Below, piece by piece: positions 58,930-64,000 of a stretch of DNA of 64,000 bases; position 1 is the stretch's first letter; every line of letters begins with the position of its first letter. Source of the stretch: Clostridia bacterium. GTDB lineage: Bacteria; Bacillota; Clostridia; JAAYHZ01. The stretch spans positions 664,479-728,478 of the forward strand of contig JBMNIH010000004.1 in assembly GCA_050950825.1 (NCBI GenBank), written 5' to 3'. A program made the position numbers and the translations under genes. The notes under the pieces are model-generated. The model saw nothing but the letters and a program-made list of their open reading frames with translations, searched no databases and had not been told where the DNA came from.

Positions 58930-60130
58930 ATGAAGAAGGTTATCTTTCACGTGGATGTGAACAGCGCTTTTTTAAGCTGGGAAGCGGTGGATCGCCTGCA
59001 AAAGGGCGAAACGACGGATCTTCGGACCATTCCTTCCGCCGTTTGCGGTGATCCGAAAAAAAGAAGAGGGGTCATACTGGCAAGGTCCGTACCGGCGAAG
59101 CAATACGGCGTTACAACGGGAGAACCGGTTATGACCGCTTTAAAAAAAGTGCCCCTCCTTAACATTGGTTCCGCCGAATCACCGGTTGTACGAGCGGTGC
59201 TCCGCGGAGCTTTTGGAGTTTTTAAAGGATCGCTGTCCCGTGGTAGAGCCTTTTAGCATCGACGAATGCTTTATGGACATGACCGGAATGGAAAGAGCTT
59301 ATCGGAGAACCTTTGAAAGCCGCTTACAACCTGAAGGATGAAATCAAAACAACGTTAGGTTTCACGGTCAATATCGGCATATCGGAAAACCGACTTCTGG
59401 CAAAAAATGGCTTCCGATTTTTCAAAACCGGATAAAGTCCATACCTTATACCCGAAGGAAATCAAAGAGAAATTATGGCCGATGGATGCGGGCTTTTTGT
59501 ACATGGTAGGAGAAACCACGTTGAAAAAATTGAGAAGCATCGGCATTTCCACCATAGGCGATATTGCGAAATGCGATCCGAAGATACTGGAGTTCCACTT
59601 AAAATCCGCAGGAAGAACCATTTGGAATTATGCCAACGGTATTGCACAGGACGAAGAAATCGATACGAAACCGGCCGGAAAATCCATCGGAAACTCCACC
59701 ACCACGGCGGAGGATATAAAGGACCGGGAGACGGCACGTTTGTATTTAATGGACTTGTGTGAAAGCGTAGGTACTCGTTTGCGAAGTACGGGATTAAAAG
59801 CCCATACGGTGTGTGTCCATTTTAAGAATAACCGTTTTGTATCTTATTCCGTACAAAGAAAGCTGGATCGAGGGATCGATGCCACCGGGGACTTGTTTCG
59901 GCAAGCAATGGCTTTGTTCGACAAGGGTTGGAAGAAAGACCCCTTGAGATTAATCGGCGTTACGGTATCTTCGCTGGGGGGAAGATTCCAATATGCAGCT
60001 GAGCATATTGGAAAAGGCGGATGATTATGAGAAGTCCTCCCGTTTGGATCGGAGTATTGACGCTCTTCGAGAAAAATACGGCAAAGATATCCTAAAAAGA
60101 GCGGCGCTTCTTAAGAAGGATGAAGACTAA
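58930..60130 (+). CDS. dinB: Y-family DNA polymerase IV (multiple frameshifts)
   Basis: HVDVNSAF, SIDE (~59256-59267), AKMASDFSKPD, KSIGNSTT, RLIGV and a QLSI clamp-binding-like motif near the C-terminus. Confidence 0.92.
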
Positions 60131-60234
60131 AGCGTTCATTTTATATTTTATGTTTTAACGGAATTATCATTACATTGGAGGAGGTAAGACTGCCCGGGTC
60201 AGGTAAAAAGCGTATACCCGGCCGGTGAACAACA

Positions 60235-62819
60235 ATGAGAAAACAAAAGCGTATTGTAATTTTCATACTGATAATGGCGATAACATTGGTTTTTGTCGGA
60301 TGCCAAAAGCCTGAAGAGACATTGGAGACCGACCGAATCGAGACGTCAACCATAGAGGAAACAACAAGCCAAGCTCTGCAGGTTCCCCTTGAACCGAAGG
60401 AAGGCGTACCCTTAAGCAATTTAGGAAAGGTCGCCGTTCGCAGCATTTATACGGAGCCTTTCGAAATGCTGCGTATTTTGGAAACGCTAAAATACGAGTT
60501 TGAAAACGGCGTTCTCGACCGACAAAAGCTGGCCGAAAAATGCGAGGCTGTGGTTGCGTACATAACCGGAACGGATGATTACTATCGGTATTTGCCGTAT
60601 CTCAACGTTACCTTAGGGGATGAGATTTCAGGAGTTCTCCCGGTTGAAAATCCCATCGGCGGAGGAAACGGCTACAAGGATGTTATAACCGAAGGCGATT
60701 TCATCGTAAAAACGGCGGAAGAGTTGGTGGATGCCGTAGGTAAAGCGGAATCCGGAGACGTGATATTTATAGCCGGAGATGCCAAAATCGATATGACCGA
60801 ATACGCTTACGCCGAAAACTATATTATCAAATTAAAAGAAGGCGTTACTTTAGCCTCGGACCGAGGCTACAACGGTTCTTTAGGCGGTATGATTTTTTCT
60901 ACGGCGATACGTTCCGCCGCCCTTATTGAAGCCGCCGACAATTGCCGAATTACCGGTCTTACGATTCAAGGGCCGGATCCGAATATCCGTGATTGGAAAG
61001 GAATGTCCATCGGGATCGGGGTTTCCATCGAAGGATCTTCCGTTACCATAGACAACTGCGAAATATCCGGATTCGCCAAGGCGGCTGTTGCCGTGGAAAA
61101 GGGCACCGATGTCGTCATAAAGAACTGCTTTATTCACGACAATAAATCCATAAACGTAGGCTACGGCGTTATGGTAACGACCGGCCAAGCATTAATCGAA
61201 AGCAACTTGTTCAACAACAACCGCACTTCGATTTTCGGAAGCGGAAGACCGGATTGCGGAATCGAAGTCATTAATAATATTGAAATGGGTACGGTTTACG
61301 AAAGAAGCATTCGAATGAATACCTATCCCAGAGGAAAAGGACGTTTATGCGGGTGATTCTTTGATCGTAAAGAATAATACATTCATCACCAAACAAACGC
61401 CTTTGGAGATCGAGCTTATTCCGGTGAACGGTTTGGAATTTTCCAATAACTACATAGCCGGATCCGATGAGGATTTTGAAAGCTTAATGAGCCTGATACA
61501 AACGGAGGACCCGAAGATAAAGGCAACGGGGAATGTTTTCGGTTTTATTTACGATATCGATGACGACGAAAAAGAGGATATTTCACAATACGCTTTAAAG
61601 CATACCGTGGAAATGCAGCTGACGAAGATTACAAGCCGAAACATTTACGGGGATATGGAAAAAGCTCTAAAAGGAGTTCTGTCTCTTATTGAAAAGCTGA
61701 ATAGCCGAGATATAAAAGACGAGGAAATAAGCGAAGATATTGTAAAGATGGTAAGGGAATTGGAGGGCTACGATCGGGCCTACCCCCTATTTGGAGCAGC
61801 CGAATATGACCATCGACGGCAATGTCTACGGCGTAATTCCGGATGATCAACCCTTAGGCGGCGGTTACGGTTACAAAGAAATCTTTACAACCGGAGACTA
61901 TATAGTAGAAACGGCCGCCGAATTAAGAGCGGCATTGGCCAAAGCTCGAAAGGGCGAAGTGGTTTTTGTCAAAGGCGATGCGGTCATTGACCTGTCCGCC
62001 GAAAAATCGAGTATGATCATCAACGACGGAGTCACCTTGGCAAGCGATCGGGGCAACGGCAACTCCACGGGAGCATTGATTTACAGCGACTCGTTAATAA
62101 GTCCCTTGTTTACCGCAGGAGAAAATGTACGTATTACGGGATTGACCTTCCGAGGAGCGGACCCCGAAAGAAGAATCGAATTTCATCGAAGAGCTTTCTA
62201 TGTTGAAAACGCTCCGGGCAGCACCTATTACTACAAGCTGAAAACGTTAGACTGTATCACCACCACCAAGAACAAGCTTCATGTGGACAACTGCGAATTT
62301 TCCGGGTTCAGTCACGCTGCCATTTATGTTTCCGGAGGGTTAGACCATTACTTCCACCACAACTACATCCATCACAACCAGCGCCAGGGCTTAGGCTACG
62401 GAATCAGCCACGGCACTGCCACATCCGTGATCGAATACAACCTGTTTAACGCAAACCGACACGATATTGCGGGGACCGGTGCGCCGGGGTCCGGATACAT
62501 CGCTCGACACAATATTCAAATGGGGACATCATTAAGCCACTGCTTTGATATGCACGGCGGTGCGGACCGAAACGACGGAACCGATATCGCAGGGGATACG
62601 ATTCTCATGTACAACAATGTATTTTTATCCGACCAGCTGCCTTATGCCATGAGAGGAACGCCCCAAACTGTACAAAGGTTCTATAGAAACATCGTATGGC
62701 CTTCCTTAGAATCCCTAAATCAAGGAAGACTCTACGGTAGAAACGAAAGGGAAAAAGAAAAAGTTGAAATGACCGACAATGTTTTCAATGCCGGTATAGA
62801 GCCTACGGTCGTACCGTAA
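60235..62819 (+). CDS. About 860-aa lipoprotein with two right-handed parallel beta-helix (pectin-lyase-fold) modules, split by 2 frameshifts
   Basis: Lipobox FVG|C. Two modules starting GGGxGYK..GDxIVxTAxEL..GVTLASDRG, with IDNCEISG / IHDN / IExNLF repeats. Frameshifts near 61335 and 61785. Confidence 0.75.
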
Positions 62820-62839
62820 ATCGGGAGGGAAAAAGAATA

Positions 62840-64000
62840 ATGATGCCTAACAAAAGGATCGCCGTACGTAGCATTACCATAGAACCGTACGAAATGATAA
62901 GGATTTTGGAAGTATTAAAATACGAGTTTGAAAAACGGTATTTTAAATCGACAAGAAACGGCCCGAAACATGCGAAGCCATCGTATCCTATATAACCGGA
63001 ACAGGTGATTGGAATCGGTACTTGGAGGTTTTTCCGGAAAATACGTCCGTCGGCGGAATAGAAGGCTTTAAGGATATCATAACCGAAGGCGACTTTACCG
63101 TGAAAACGACGGATGAACTTATGGATGCCCTTGATAAAGCGAAATCCGGAGATACGATCTTTATCGCCGGGGACGCAAATATCGATATGACCGATTACGT
63201 GATTTCCGAAAACTACGTAATCAAATTAAAAGAAGGCGTCACGTTGGCCTCGGACCGAGGGTTCAACGGATCTTTAGGGGGAAAGATTTTCTCCACGTAC
63301 ATACATTCAGGAGCTTTCGTTGAGGTCGCCGATCATTGCCGTATAACCGGTCTTACCATCCAAGGCCCGGATCCAAAGCTTCGGGATTGGAAAGGGAAGG
63401 CCTTAGGAACGGGGATTCTCATTGACGGGTCCTTTGTTTCCATCGACAACTGCGAAATATCCGGATGTAACAAGGCCGCTATCGCAGCGGAAAAGGGAAA
63501 GGATATCGTCATAAAACACTGCTTTATTCACGACAACAAATCCGTTAATGCAGGATACGGAATCTTGGTTTCGGAAGGTTATGTGTTGATCGAAAGCAAC
63601 TTGTTTAACAACAACCGCACTTCGATTTTCGGAAGCGGAAAGACGAATTGCGGTATCGAAGTGATCAACAATATCGAAGCGGGTACGGCATACGAAGCGT
63701 GTATCCGTATGAACACCGGTCGTGACGGAAAAGACGTTTCGGCGGGAAATTATTTAATCGTAAAAAACAATACCTTCTTAACTCGCCAAAAAGCCTTTGG
63801 AAATTGAACATCTTCCCGAAAAGGGCTTGGAATTTTCCCATAACCGGATAGCGGCATCCGAAGAGGATTTTGAAGATATGATGAAGCTTCTTCATAGGGA
63901 GGATCCGAGGTTAAAGGCTACCGGGAATGTTTTTCGACTTTACAATCGATGGAAGGGAAAAGAAGGATATTTCTCGATACGCATCGAAGCATACGGTTAA
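62840..64000 (+). CDS. Paralogous beta-helix protein without signal peptide (frameshifted, runs to the window end)
   Basis: SD GGGAGG then ATG 62840. MMPNKRIAVRSITIEPYEMIRILE aligns with the upstream gene's mature N-terminus, and the beta-helix module is nearly identical. Confidence 0.7.

Noticed and set aside
58930-60130. Programmed frameshifting or phase variation of dinB at A7/G runs
   Set aside because: All neighbouring genes, including conserved ychF, show the same indel pattern, so sequencing error is more parsimonious.
60177-60228. Strong SD GGAGGAGG and a CCGGGT/ACCCGG hairpin well upstream of the beta-helix gene start
   Set aside because: It leads only to a 12-codon CTG-started frame and lies in the error-prone zone, so it cannot be interpreted.

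Overview
A mostly + strand chromosomal segment from a low-GC, probably spore-forming Clostridia-type Firmicute. Core blocks are rbfA(3' end)-nrnA-truB-ribF, lgt-nagA-rodA, the dcw cluster (mraZ-rsmH-ftsL-spoVD/pbp-murE-murF-mraY-ftsW/spoVE-murG), a PyrR-attenuated pyrRBCFKD operon, rnj, ychF-tmcAL and dinB. Accessory blocks are: (1) a two-gene operon pairing a DUF819 membrane protein with a GNAT resembling bacterial ceramide synthase (bCerS/YghO); (2) an 11-kb, 8-gene glycan-uptake locus (998-aa CBM-like+SBP fusion, two permease pairs, NHL/TPR protein, Yip1 protein, DUF5696-like protein, no ATPase), followed by NAD-dependent Gfo/Idh/MocA and divergent GH4-like enzymes; (3) Nudix, YfhO and a broken SBP gene; (4) a PocR-AraC regulator with an orphan corrinoid protein; (5) a MacAB/LolCDE-like exporter with two ATPases, one carrying an AbrB-like tail; (6) tandem beta-helix proteins. 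From about 54.3 kb to the end every gene is frameshifted, mostly at short homopolymers or dinucleotide repeats, most likely from sequencing error. I saw no rRNA, tRNA, CRISPR array or mobile element. All family calls come from motif recognition by eye, not database searches.
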